Assembly (NCBI GenBank): GCA_038496445.1
Contig: JALMLS010000304.1
Location: 62,001-126,000 of the forward strand
From: Trichosphaerium sp. ATCC 40318
Lineage: Eukaryota > Protista > Tubulinea
Reading direction: 5' to 3'
Length of the DNA stretch: 64,000 nucleotides
Made by a program: the position numbers and the translations under genes. The notes under the pieces were generated by a model. It was not told where the DNA came from. It did no database searches and worked only from the letters and a program-made list of their open reading frames with translations. This document shows positions 51,339 through 64,000 of the stretch, in pieces. Each line of letters opens with the position of its first letter. The first letter of the stretch is position 1.

Positions 51339-53802
51339 ATGGCGGAGGCACCGTCGATGGCTGAAACACGCTATCGTGGTAGGTCAAAGACTGAGACAAA
51401 CTTCCAAGGTGTATCTGTGCAACAATTACTTGGTGAAACACGTATGCACATTTCGCTTCAATTTATGTGATCTAACGCGCTCACAGCCGAAAATACAATT
51501 CCTACCGGACTTTTGGACATGTTTGACTATTTGTTTGCACACGGTAACCTTTCAAATATACCTAATACGCCTAAATACATCAAGGTTTGGAGGTTGATGG
51601 TCTATTTACGCAAAAGCTGCCAAAAGATCACTTTAAAGAGGCGAAAAAGTACCTGGAGAGTATCACTCTATTTGTATGCGAAGATTTCGCTGCCAATTTT
51701 GGAGTGCGTATGGTTGCTGAAGTTGTAAAGCTTTATTTCGAGCAACTTCCTGATCCATTGCTTGGCTATGATGCATACTCAGCATATGTGAAAGCACATG
51801 GAAGTATTCACGCACTACGAGACATAGTACAGGTTTGTAAAGATATATGCATGAATTCTGTTGTCTTCCTTTTTGGCTGTTGGTTGCGCTTACGCATCGA
51901 AATACGTATAAAACACCTTCTAACTGATTTGTTTTAGACTCGTTTAACGCCTGCCTTAAAAGAGCTTGCTGATGCTTTATTTGAACTCCTTTATGCTTTA
52001 AATGAAGCTTCTAAGGATGAAATTGGTAGATTGAGCGAGATGGGGATGGTTTGGGCTCCTATAGTTCTTTGTCCAAAGAGGTAAATCGATAACATTATTC
52101 TTCATTTACAATGAAGTTTTTTCCATAAATAGAGCGCTGCTCATGCTTATGAATGTATAGAGAGACTATGGAGACTATGCTTGAAACAAAGAAGCGTATA
52201 TCAGCAGTTAAATACATGATTAAGTACTGGGATAAGATATTCTTTGAAGAAGTTCCTCAAAAGACAATAATAATTCGTAATCGCCTTCCTCGGGCTCTTG
52301 ATTTATATTCTGCATTGGATGAGTTCAGTTCTATATATACAGACAGAAATGAGAACCTTAGAAGGCAGTTAAAGACGTTAGAGTTAAAGCTAGAAAAGGT
52401 TGAAAGCATGCATGATGTCAAGAAGGTTGGGGTTTTTTTATTCGAAGAAACCAGTGTTGATTCGTTCTTAGGTTTACAAGGCAATAAGATCTCTACAGAA
52501 AGACTTTGAGGCTAAAACATTGCCTATCGAAGACTCTTCACGTGTTTTAAGAACAGTCAAGTGTAAAACAAATGTTCAGTCCGGTCACCATGGCATGATT
52601 GGACACAGGTTAGATTTTAGTTGACACTTTCTGGTTCTTTTTTTTTAACCTCGTTTTAAAGGCCTACTATGGAAGATGAAACAACAATAATTGATGATCT
52701 GAATGAAGAGATTAAACTACTAACTATGGATGTGAATAGATCGTATTACGGAGTATACGATGGTCATTCTGGAGACGAAGCTGCAAAAATTTCTGGAAAA
52801 AGACTACATAGGAATATATGCTCAAGTCCTAAATTTCTTGAGGTGTGACACCCTTGGTACAACTTTATTCTTATTCCATATTTAGGGAGACATATTTGGT
52901 GCTCTGAAAGAGGGACTACAAACAACAGATAACGGTACACAAACCAGTACGAGCTTAACTTGTGTTGACCTTTTTTTTTTCATAGAAATTATTGCGCAAG
53001 GTGAAATCAAGAAATTCACAGCTGGTACAACAATTGTCATTGTTCTCATTATTGGCGAGAAATTGTATGTATGCAATTTGGGTGATTCAGAGGCTGTAAT
53101 GGGTGCGACAAGTAGATTAACTAACTTAGAAACTTGTCACTCAGACATGATTGTCTGACTTTGTTTCGTTTGTTCTAGGCCGACGTGTTGATGATGAGAC
53201 TTCTTTAAGACATAAAGCTATGCTACTGTCATATAAACATAAACCTGAGAGTCCAGAAGAGAAAGAGCGTATTACTAAGATGGGTGGCTATGTTTTTAAG
53301 GTAAGCCTTTGTGAAGACTTTTTTCCTGGTTCTAAGCGGTTTTTTTACAGGGCCGTGTGTTTGGCAGTTTAGCTGTATCGAGAGCGCTTGGCGATGCTCA
53401 ATTCAAGATTCCAAAATTGCGTGTTAACTACGTTACAATCGATCCTTACCTTAACAGTTTCGATCTTGGTGATGATGGTACGTCCACGAATGATGTTTTT
53501 TTTATTATTGTTTGTACTTTAACTAAGTTCTTCTGTTATAGACGAGTTTGTTATTTTGGCTTGTGATGGTTTATGGGATGTATTGACATACCAAGAGGCA
53601 GTTGATTTTGGTGCTTATTGTCTTGAGAAGGGATGTAGCGCACAAGAAACAAGGCATGTTTTTTGAATGTTTTTTCTTTTTTTTTTTGATTGAAACTAAT
53701 TGGAGTTTTTTTAGCAAGCTGCTCGCAGAAAAAGCATTTGAAGGTGGATCAAAAGATAATATTAGTGTTATAGTAGTTGTTTTGAACTGGAAGTTGTACT
53801 AA
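51339..53802 (+). CDS. RhoGAP-like domain - coiled coil - PP2C (PPM) phosphatase fusion
   Basis: [36 protein letters not shown] (RhoGAP fold). Then [69 protein letters not shown] (PP2C). Confidence 0.88.
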
Positions 53803-53899
53803 GATTTGTAATATAAACCACACATACAATGTAAATGCTGTAGCTCAAAATTAATATTGAATTGGAAACTATTTCAAATATTCAAAAAAGGGTTTACTG

Positions 53900-56069
53900 C
53901 AAGTTCTTGGAAAGTCTAGACAGGTTTCATGAACAAATGATTAACTTGACTATTTGGGTTCTTCGCCAAGTAATCTATGTGTTGCAGTGTGTACTACAAA
54001 AGTGATAGGGATGCCAACACTATATGTTTATTTTCAAACAATTGTTATCTTTACACATTCCTCGTAACTGGAACTCTCAGAAATCGTAGAAGAATCTGTC
54101 AAAGTGCCCGAAGACGAAGAAGAAGAAGAAGAATAAGCTCCACCCGAAAATGAAGTTGAGTAAGAACCTGAACTTGTATCGATTTCTTCTGTATTTTCTT
54201 TTTTTGCTTTTCTCTTCCCCACATATTTTTTAAATGACCTACACCAGTTATTTAAGTATTCACTTGAATGGCGAAGAACGGGGCTTCCTTGAAATATTTG
54301 TTTCATTACGCACGTGCAATTAACATGACAAATACGTGAACCTGATCTTACAGCTTGAAGTAATTTTTGTCTAACCACATGTGGTTGTTGCTGGATTGCT
54401 GGAAAATCTTCAATAAACGCTTTGTACTTTTTTAAGAACCCTGCTGCATCAAATAAAAAGGTTTCTAAGAAGGAGTGAGAAGTGACCTCAATCACAGTGT
54501 GAAAGGCAAAATGGGTTGGTTTTTTTTTTTTGAAGTTTGGCGTCACTCACCTTTCCCATGTTTATTATCGCTCTATCTCTGCACTGTAATACTGTCACAG
54601 TTGGAAATAGAAGTGTAGGATCCTCTATAATAAAACTACCGAGCTCAACAAGTCGACTATTATGAGTCCATATTGATACACCATTCCAAAATAAACCACA
54701 TCCTTTAAACATACATTAGACATTTTGTCTTGATGTTTTACGATGTATTGGCATAAAATGTGTTTTTCAAGTTTAGTTAGAAAAGGTCATTTATTTGTAC
54801 CTATTACTTCTTTATTTGTTAGTTTGGTAGTCTTGGCAAAGGTTTCATCACTACGACCTTGACTGAAAAACTTGCCTATGAAAAAACAATATTACAACCA
54901 ACAAATTATATTCTTCTGATGCTCACCCCAATCATCGCTATGTAAAGCGTAGCTGAATCTTTGCCAACCAACAGCGGCATTAAGCCTATATCCTTCTCTT
55001 GCTAGTCCTATAGCAATACCACTACAAAACATATTAACTTATTAAAAATTGTAAAACGATAAGAACAAGAAATAAGTGTTGTACTTACCCTCCCTTTCGT
55101 TTCGCAAAATCACCTCTATTCACATGCATCTCAACTTCAAAATAACCAAACATACACTGTGCTTTTGTCCCATTAAATGCCCAAGGTTTTGTGATTTGTA
55201 CAGTCTTGGGAAAAGAAAAACGTTAATTAAGCGCATGGTGAGAAAAATATGAGAAAAATACATCTAACACGTGATAAAATAATCATTTGTCACGTGTTAC
55301 TAAATAAAATAATAATTACCTTTGGGTTTTGACCATTAACTTTTTCAGCGTGTTCAACTACAGTATGCGTAGGATAAACACTCATCTTTACATAAGTTTC
55401 ATTTGTTTCACTTCGTTGCTTTTCTCCCTTTATGAATCCACCTCCTTTCTTATTCTCAAACTGCTGTGTGATGTATTTACGTGGATACCTGTCAACTTCT
55501 TGTGGTACAATATCATCTATAGATTAATTAGAAACACTTCAAATACGAAAACTCGAAACGGAAACGACGAGGTAAAATATTTCAAAAATTTTGTACCAAG
55601 CACTTTGTGCAGTTTTTTCCAGCTTGTAATATTAATACGATAAAGAGGAAGTATGTGGACATATTCTCGATAGCATTTAATACGTGCTGGTTGTGATTTG
55701 AATAGAATCTAAATACACGAGTTAAAGGCTAAATGAAGCGAGTAATAGGTCATTATTACGTAATAGTAGTTAAGACAAAGCCTTGCTAGCGCCATATAAC
55801 TCGTTGAGTCTAAATAAGACGAGACTTGCAGTAATATCTCCTACGTTAAGGCTTAGTATTTTACTTTAAGATATACGCTCGTTTATGGCGTTTGGATGGA
55901 ATTTAAGTTAAAATTTACGTTAATGTTAATTTCCACTCACCGTTGGTAATGTAAGCATAGCGCAATCGTAATCGTACGTATTCTCATCAGGAAGGCGAAT
56001 TTCTACTGCTGGTTGCCTTGTACGTTTCTTCTTTCCTCCCACAAGCTTAAACAAGCTTCGCAGTGCCAT
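53900..56069 (-). CDS. SPRY (B30.2)-domain protein with Ser-rich tail
   Basis: GYFEVEM, GIAIGLA, VGWQRFSYALHSDDWG, VIGCGL, IWTHNS, LFPTVTV..INMG..FLFD follow the RanBPM-type SPRY pattern. 3' end approximate. Confidence 0.7.
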
Positions 56070-56417
56070 TGTTACTCTCGCTTTACACTTTAATCGAGCT
56101 TAAACGCTCTAAACTTATCGTAGCATTTCACTGAAAAGTGTTTGTGCACAGTACTGACTAGTTCGAACTTTGTGGTCCACTTTCCATCGTATCTTCTCTT
56201 TTCTTTATGTCTTAATCAAGACAAACAAAACATATATAAGCCTCCCCGTTACAATGTGTACGTGCGGATACTGTTTCTTGCAGTTTCTTTCAGTTTCTTT
56301 CAAGTATCGTTGCGCATTGGGAGTGTCTTAAAGTTGTACCCAGCCAACTGCCTGAATTGTTGTGTGAACTATTTTATTTTAATCACAGTAGTTACGAATG
56401 TCAAGTTATACTGTGGT

Positions 56418-59400
56418 TTAAACTTCTTGAAAGCCTCTTCTTTTTTTGACAAATCTGGAGTAAGAATAAAAAGCGAAAACTATGAGAACGTCAGCGTGTC
56501 AGTAAAGCAAAAAAAAGCTAGGCCTTAAAGGACAAGAAAAGAAACACGTACAAGTAACACATGAGATGATAACAATTACACACATCAGTATATAGAACCA
56601 TATTGGGACTAAGGAAACATTTCGTAAGAAAAAAGTCACGTGGGCAAAAGCTGTTTTAAGAATAGCTGATCTACTTGATCAGCATTTGTCGTACCAACAG
56701 TACATGATGTAGCTCCTTTTTTTGATGTAAAAAAGGAGCAAGATAAGCAACCATTGTTAGCGAAGTATTTACCTGCTTCACACTAATAATAAAACAACAT
56801 TAGTTGGTTAAAAGACAAAACAGTTTCCAAAGCAAAACAGTACCACATTGCAACCATCGTTATTTTCATTTACAACTGACCCTGGCGTGCATCTTTTACA
56901 TCCAGCAGATCCGTTGGTTGAATATTCTGGCCATGTACAATACGAACATCTTAGAGATCCGCTAAAAGAAAAGAGTAAGCAGATCCGCAGATCGAACTTG
57001 TTTTTTAAACCTTAAAGCATGCACGTTGTGTTTGAATACTGTCCTCCTTCACAAGGTTTACATTCTTCAGAACCCGAGGCTAATGTACTTGTTCCAATAG
57101 GACAAGGTGTACATGTAGGTTGTGTAGTTGTATTAGAAAATGAGCCAGCTGGACATGATCGACAGTTGAGGACATTTTCATAAGATACACTTCCAAGTTT
57201 GCATTCAGCTGTGAAAAAAAGTAAGTTTTCTAAATCACGTGTCTCCAGATCACATACGTTTTCTACCAAGCGCTTTATTATCATGTATGTGAAAGTATCT
57301 CGTTACTTTTCCAAAATATCATCATTATCAGTATTGATAATCGGGAAGTTCTAAAACAAAAAAATCACATTAGCAACAATATCGCTTTGTTTGGGTAAAA
57401 ACTGAGTTAAGCCCTTTTTGTTCTCAACTTACTGTATCACCGAAAACATTTCTTGTTACTTCTATATCACCTCTTCTAATAATGTCTATCTTCATATATA
57501 TTCCAGAACCATTGAAATTGTTACCAGTCATATCACATGTTAGAGTTGGAGTTGACGACCTATACGAGCCTCGAATGTGCAAACAACCCTGAAATTTTTA
57601 GTACAAATACTTGAATAAGATATTTTTAGGCAGTGATAGCCATTGCTAAATAAAGTACATCAGTCTTTGTGTTATTTCCATTACAGTTATTGAATTTGTT
57701 GTTATCTACGATAGCATTTTCTACTTCTTTGAAGTATATTTGCTGACTTCCATCAAAAGAAAGAGTATTGTTTATCAAAGTAACATTGGTAGCTAGTTTT
57801 AAAAAAACCAATCAGTTAAAAAATAACAACTTTTCGCAGCTGTGCTCTGAACTTACTTTGAAAAGCAGTCATAGAAGCAAAACTCCATTCACTGTTTTGT
57901 ATTGTAACAGAATTAACATGTTCAACACTTGAAAACGATGCACCATTAAAGGTACAAGAGTCAATAAAAACACTACCAGAGATAAATACTATCCAAAATT
58001 AATACCGTCACGTGATTTAAGTTGAACGTACAAAACTTGTTGTCATCGCTACTAAAGTCAGAGTTATAGATATATACATCAACGCCACCAGAAGTCACAA
58101 GTCCTCCAGAAAAACCAATAATAATCACAGTAGCTTCTGGCTTTCCAGTTAAACCCTAATTGTGCAAACAATTAGACTTTGGTAATCAACAAAACATGTT
58201 TAAAATAACAGAGAGAAGTTGCTATAGCACAATAGCGCAAAGTGTTGTTGATTATTTCTATTGAGATAAGAACTGAGAAAAGAGAAGGCGTACGGACCAT
58301 ACAATACTCACAAGATGGTTTAGATCTTGTTTTATTATCCCAATCATTATGAACAATATGAAGTACACCACGAACTGACGAATCCCAGTTTACGTCTTGT
58401 TGTTGACTTGGATAATCGCCACCTTTTAGAATAAGTCAGACTTGTGTGAACGCGAGCAAAACAACGAATGTGTACGATTGTGGAGATGTACAGAATGAAA
58501 TGAATTGATTCCGAAAAAACACGAAATGTTCCGAAAAAAACACGAAATATTCTGAAACATTCCGTGTTTTTACCATCTCCAAACCATATCTCATATAGTT
58601 GAAGCAAGGTCTTTTAGTAGGTAGTTTCCAAGAGCATTGCAGCACAGTTCGTAACAAAAAAGTGAAGTTGATAACAGCTTTTTGCAATCGTGATAATCTG
58701 AGTCAGTACTGCGACTATTTTGCGAAGTTGTCTAAAGAACAGAAATGGCATTGAGATAGTAAAATCACTGGTACTCCTGATAGGTTTTGTGGAGAAGTTT
58801 TTTTCACTTAACGTTGTACACGCGACTTTCGTAGTTTCTGTGTGTTGGAAGTGCTCCTTGCTTGTGCTACAGCAACTCAAGATGGTTTTTGTGCAAAACA
58901 ATCACTTTGGAAGTGTACGAAAGTGATTTGAAAGCGCTTTATTTTCGCTTCCTAATCGCTTCATAACGCCTTGGTAGAAACGCCTTAGAATCACTTGGAA
59001 AGCGGTTTGAAAGTGATTTGAAAGTGATTCCAAAGTGATTTCTAGGCGCTTTTTTTCCTCAAAGCATCAGTATTGGTTGTAATACATCTGAGGTGCACTT
59101 ACGAAATAACAAAATTGCAAAAGGTGCACCTACAACATCAAGAGATAAAAAAACTCATGTAGAAATCACTTTGGAATCACTTTCAAATCACTTTCAAACC
59201 GCTTTCCAAGTGATTCTAAGGCGTTTCTACCAAGGCGTTATGAAGCGATTAGGAAGCGAAAATAAAGCGCTTTCAAATCACTTTTGAATCACTTGGAAAG
59301 TGCTCGCTATGCACAGAAAACCATCTTGATTTGCTGTAGCACAAGCAAGGAGCACTTCCAACACACAGAAACTACAAAAGTCGTGTATACAATGCTAAAT

Positions 59401-59990
59401 GAAAGAAAGTCAAATCACCGTATCAGTAACCACTGATTGTACTATGTCTCAGTGACACTTCTCATTCTTTCTATGTCACTTTTTGGAACAAGAACAGCTG
59501 CTCACTGCAATGCTCTTGGAAAACAACCAAAAGTTCTTGCTTCAACTGTGTTAAGATGTGGTTGTCCAGGGCAATCTACTTACCAGTAAAAACACGGAAT
59601 GTTTCAGAATATTTCGTGTTTTTTTCGGAACATTTCGTGTTTTTTCGGAATCAATTCATTTCATTCTGTACATCTCCTGTACGTGCAACTTTGATTAAAA
59701 AACAGTTCCTGTACCTTGAACGCATACAACACAACTCGAGTTTACGCCTCCTCGGCACCTTGTATCTGTACTGTGGTTCGATACAGACCATAACGTTTGA
59801 AAAGGTTCCGTTTTTGTGCCATTTCCCTTTGCAGTATCATTAAATACACTACAAACTCGTCCTTAACACTACATACTGTCGTGTCGTTGCCATTAGCAGC
59901 CAGGAAAAAATCACAATTTGTTGATGCTTTAACGTGCTGAGGTATGCATAAAACAGCGATAAACAAAGCAAATAGCTTCATTGCAATCAT
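56418..59990 (-). CDS. Type I membrane protein: signal peptide, beta-helix-like region, Cys-rich (CxxC..G, GCC2/GCC3-like) repeats, TM
   Basis: MKLFALFIAVLCIP signal, GNGTKTEPFQTL, CRSCPAGSFSN..CTPCPIGTS..CKPCEGGQYS, TM VPIWFYILMCVIVIIS, tail VKKRRGFQEV*. One intron (58423-59714) holds transposon copy B. Confidence 0.75.
58482..59677. mobile_element. Palindromic (foldback/MITE-like) DNA transposon, intact copy B (1196 bp)
   Basis: Same TIRs (about 90 bp) as 24417/30456. 3-bp TSD TGT at 58479-58481 and 59678-59680. Near-perfect inner inverted arms at about 58921-59044 and 59160-59283. Confidence 0.95.
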
Positions 59991-60463
59991 TGTATGAGGT
60001 TTGGATATTTGGCAAAGTTCACCAACCTTTCTTGATTTGTTGGGAACAAGTTTTTGCTCGACAACAAAAAAAAATTCTGTGAAACTTTGAAGTACGTATT
60101 ATTTAAGAGCATCAACACCCTTTTGTGTCGAATGAATTAGCCAAATCCACTTAAACAGTGATGTACTACTCCTAACATGAGGTTGCAATGTTTTAACAGA
60201 GCTACAATTTTATTTTGTGTACGCTCAGGTTTTAATACTCTTACTACACTTTCAAGGTATATTAAGGAGATTTTCACATTTTACAATAATGTCATTCCAT
60301 AAAACCAATAAAACATGTTTATTTTTTCTCACAGCTCTCATACTTACTGTGTAGATTCAAAGCACATAGTGCGTACACCATAGCACATTCAACTGCTTAG
60401 CAAAAATTCTCTTTTGCTAGCATACTTTTCTGTAGGCTATTAACGCTTTCTGTCAAGGTAATG

Positions 60464-63400
60464 TTACTTTCTATTAATTTGCCGATGTTGTGTTTTAGGT
60501 TGGCAATGTTTTGTTCTTGATTCACATTGGATTGCTGTAAAAGTATGTATGTTCATGTTTTCAATGATCTTTTTTGGTTTCTCAAGCTCTCTATATGCTT
60601 CATCTAGGTGTAGTTGAGGAATGGTGCTGTCTTTTGACTGTTGGTAAGAATCTGAAAGAAAAATAAATGGTAAAATACCATTAAATGACTATGAGGTGTT
60701 GTGTTAATGTGTATATTTATAGTAAGTATTAGTATTAAAAGTACAACATATTTACAAAAACGCGAAGCACACGTTGTCATGACAAGAATGAAGAAGAAGA
60801 AACCAAGAAAAAATCAAAGCCCAAATCAAAATAGAAAAGCAAAAAAAAATCTCTTTGAGATTTTGTCTCCTTTTTTGCTTACGACCTTTGCCATGTTATA
60901 GATGTATTACTTAAAAGTATAATATCATCATCCATATCATTTAAAGGAGTTTCACTACCACTATACCATTTTTCATCTGGACTACTAACAACAGAAGGAG
61001 TATGCGTGAGTTTTGGCTTCTTCTTAGGTCTAGATACGTTATCTACAATATGTCTCTTTGTTTTTGTAGGAGATAACTGTGCTGTTGTTGTTTTAGGTGG
61101 AGGTAATGCTAAGGGTGATTCTTCAGTATCGTCAACTGACTGAAGTTCTAAGAATCTGAACTTCGGTGATTTTGTTGTATTGCTTTCAACTTGTTCTTGT
61201 TGTGTTTGTAAGTCTCTTCCCCATCGTTGTAGTGTAAGTATCATCTTCTTATCACTACATGTACCAATAAAAGGATGACATAAAGCCTTGTATATAAGAG
61301 TAAGAGAGAGAAAGACAGAAAGAAAGTTGACGATGAAAAATTCTTCTTTTTTTACTCGTTGTTCATTTCTTTGACGTACTTCGTGAGGTGTTAGACGCTT
61401 GTTGTGATCATATTGAAGTACACCAATAATAAAATCTACAAAAAAGTTTCTGGATTCATTGCTTGCAGCAGCCTAAATGCGTCAGAAATAAAACAACAAG
61501 CAAGATTTAATTTATGACAGAAAGCAACCCATCATCAAATATTTAACTCACCATATCTCTTGTTAATGCTGATACAGTAGCATGACGCTTCCAGTATCGA
61601 GCCAAGGGATCGTTATCATATACACTCCGCGCATTATAGCGTAAGCTAACAGGACTTAGAAAAGTTGTTCAAAAGAAGACAAGAAACATCAGGCGCTGAA
61701 CTTGACTACTACGAAACGTACTTCTCACAAAATACTAATTCTCCTCTATTCTCCAATGCCTTATTACGTAAGGTACCGTTATTATAGAAATGATCATTGT
61801 AAAACATTGCAGAATCAAATAGAGAGCAAGGTATAGGCCCAAAAAGCGCAATCATTCTACCAAGAAGTTCATGATAACTCTGACATTTGAAAAGTCTATC
61901 ATGGTTACTACTATGTACGTATTTAGTCAAAGCAATAACAACATCCAAGAAATAAAAATAATACTTCAGAATGAGAGAATATCAATAAGATAAACAAAGC
62001 GACAACTGTGAGTACAACAGCTTTTGAAAAAAAAAAGAAAAAAAAAATTGTACCAGGATATTTCGAGAATTATACAACCTACAGACCACATATCTATTGG
62101 TGTGAGAAAAGGTGATCCCAATAATACCTATATACATACGTTAAGAACGGACAGTCGTTGAGAATTCGCGGAATAACAAAAACAAAAAACTGGACTTAAT
62201 AAGGTTACAAGTAACATTTCAAAAAATTCGTTGTATGTACCTCTGGTGCTCTATAACAAAGTGTTTGTACTTCATAACTGTTGTAATACTGCGGCGCTTG
62301 ATCTGTATTCATTGCATTACCAAAGTCAATGAGTTTTACGCAATCAAAAGATCCTGCTTCGTCTAATTTTACCAAAATATTCTCTGGCTTAATATCTGCA
62401 TGTATAATACTCTAAAAAAAGTACAGATAAGTTCTTATTGTACAAGCACAGTTACTTTGAATAGACATACCTCAGATCGAAGCAGCTTTAGGGCACTCAA
62501 TAATTGGGAAGTTACTTTCCTTATATCCGCAAAAACAAGGCTGAAACATAAGTTAGCGAGTTGTAAAGGTACCACGGTTCATTTTCTTACGATTTTGCGC
62601 CAGTGTATTGCGCCAAATTGAATCTTCCGTATTCCAATACTATACAATAGTGGTTCCCTTCAAAAAATGCAGCATACGCATGTACCACGTGTCTACCAGA
62701 GGGATCTGCTTCATTCAACTTGCGGATTGTATGATATTCCTAAAACAATTTGTAAATCACTTCAAATAGCACGTGTTTAAACTCCTTCTTTTAGGATATA
62801 CAAACAAAAAAATACAATTTCATCAAGCAAACGCGCTGAATGTTTCTTTAAAAAAAATAGGTACAAGCACAACGTGCACCCCTTTTGATCTGAGAAACAT
62901 TTCGTTCATTTTGGTTTTTTTTTTTTGACATTTTTTCGTGACACTTGGGCGTACCATTTGTCCAAACAAGGCGTGGTTTGGCTTATTATGTAGTATTTTA
63001 ATAGCGACAGGTCTAGATCCCGAAAAGGTGTCCTTGGCAGCAACAATCTTGCAAAAACTACCCTCCATTATTTCCGCACACACGATGTATCGCTGTTGTA
63101 ACGGAGCCATTACGCCACCTGGTTTAACAAGTCAGAACAGCTAGTGTGAAATAAAACAATACGTTAATTTACTAAACAAGTCTAACCTGCTGTAATCGCC
63201 ATAGCACCCTTCTTGGGACCACTAGGTATAGTGTAACCGCCTAACAAAATTAATTAATTGCTTTGACGCTCATTTTGTATTGATTGTATTTATAATCGCA
63301 TATATTTAACCGCATACGTACCTGCTCTGGCTTGTTTTAATTTATTTTCTATAAAGGCTTCTGGGTCTCCAATAGGCTTTGGTGCTGATGTCCTGAGCCA

Positions 63401-64000
63401 TTTGAAGAGAAAATATGCACCAGCAGTTGCGCGAGCTGTAATATTGCACTGACCATTCCTGTTGTTGACTATTGGTGCCACATGCTCGCCAAACGGGCGA
63501 AATGCTTCTGTGGCCTTTGGCACATATTGAATTTCGCGCGTAACGCTTTTTTCTGTTTCTACGCCAGCATTCATCCCAATCACTACACTGCTGTCATAGC
63601 GCTAAACGCATATAGTTTGGTTGGACATTAAGTCACGAAATAACCAATTTGAAGGAACTTTTTTCTGTACTGGTACACTTTATTATTTACAAAAAATCGG
63701 GTTTGCGCAACGGCAGTTTACTGTGGTGGTGGAGGCGGTGGAGGAACAGCCTCAATGTCAAATTGTCCTGGTCTAGCACGACGTGGAGGGCGCTCCGCTT
63801 GATCTCTGACGCGTTGTTCACGTCCAACACGTCTCTTATTGCGTTTTGCGGTTCTTTCGCTTCTAGTTTCTTTTTTTTTCTTTGGCAGCGCTGTATGGAA
63901 TACAACGCTCTCCCAATCGTCAAAACAACGCTTTGCACTGCGTAGTGCTTTTTCAACTTTAGGACAATCTACAAAAAAGAAATATAAGCAAGAAATACTC
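60464..64000 (-). CDS. CMGC-group kinase, DYRK/HIPK-like (5' end uncertain, may lie outside the window)
   Basis: EGSFCKIV, VAIKIL, IHADIKPENIL, VKLIDFGNA, YEVQTLCYRAPE, VILGSPFLTPIDMWSVGCII, HKRLTPHE, LCHPFI, followed by a low-complexity tail. Confidence 0.85.

Overview
Eukaryotic, AT-rich (roughly one-third GC by eye), gene-dense DNA with many short spliceosomal introns (mostly 30-100 nt, donors typically GTACGT). It is probably a protist; the gene content fits an amoebozoan, but the organism cannot be identified from this window. Most entries in the ORF track are single exons or antisense shadows, so gene models were spliced by hand and boundaries are approximate unless stated. Recognisable genes: INO1, RRP41, an NF-X1 zinc-finger protein, a TPT/SLC35E transporter, a DYRK-like kinase, a SPRY protein, an FG-GAP (NERD1-like) protein and two adhesin-like membrane proteins. 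Unusual fusions: BRCT-WGR-PARP-OB-OB-SAM-nucleotidyltransferase-like (best candidate for an undescribed system), clathrin terminal domain without the leg, coronin-BTB-BTB, kinase plus RarA/MgsA-C-like domain, and pseudo-RhoGAP-PP2C. There is also a 10-Cys secreted prepropeptide. A four-layer nested transposon stack occupies 24417-30456. A second, clean copy of its outer 1.2 kb palindromic element (58482-59677) has a flipped central spacer. CACGTG is strongly over-represented in host DNA. No rRNA, tRNA or CRISPR array was seen.
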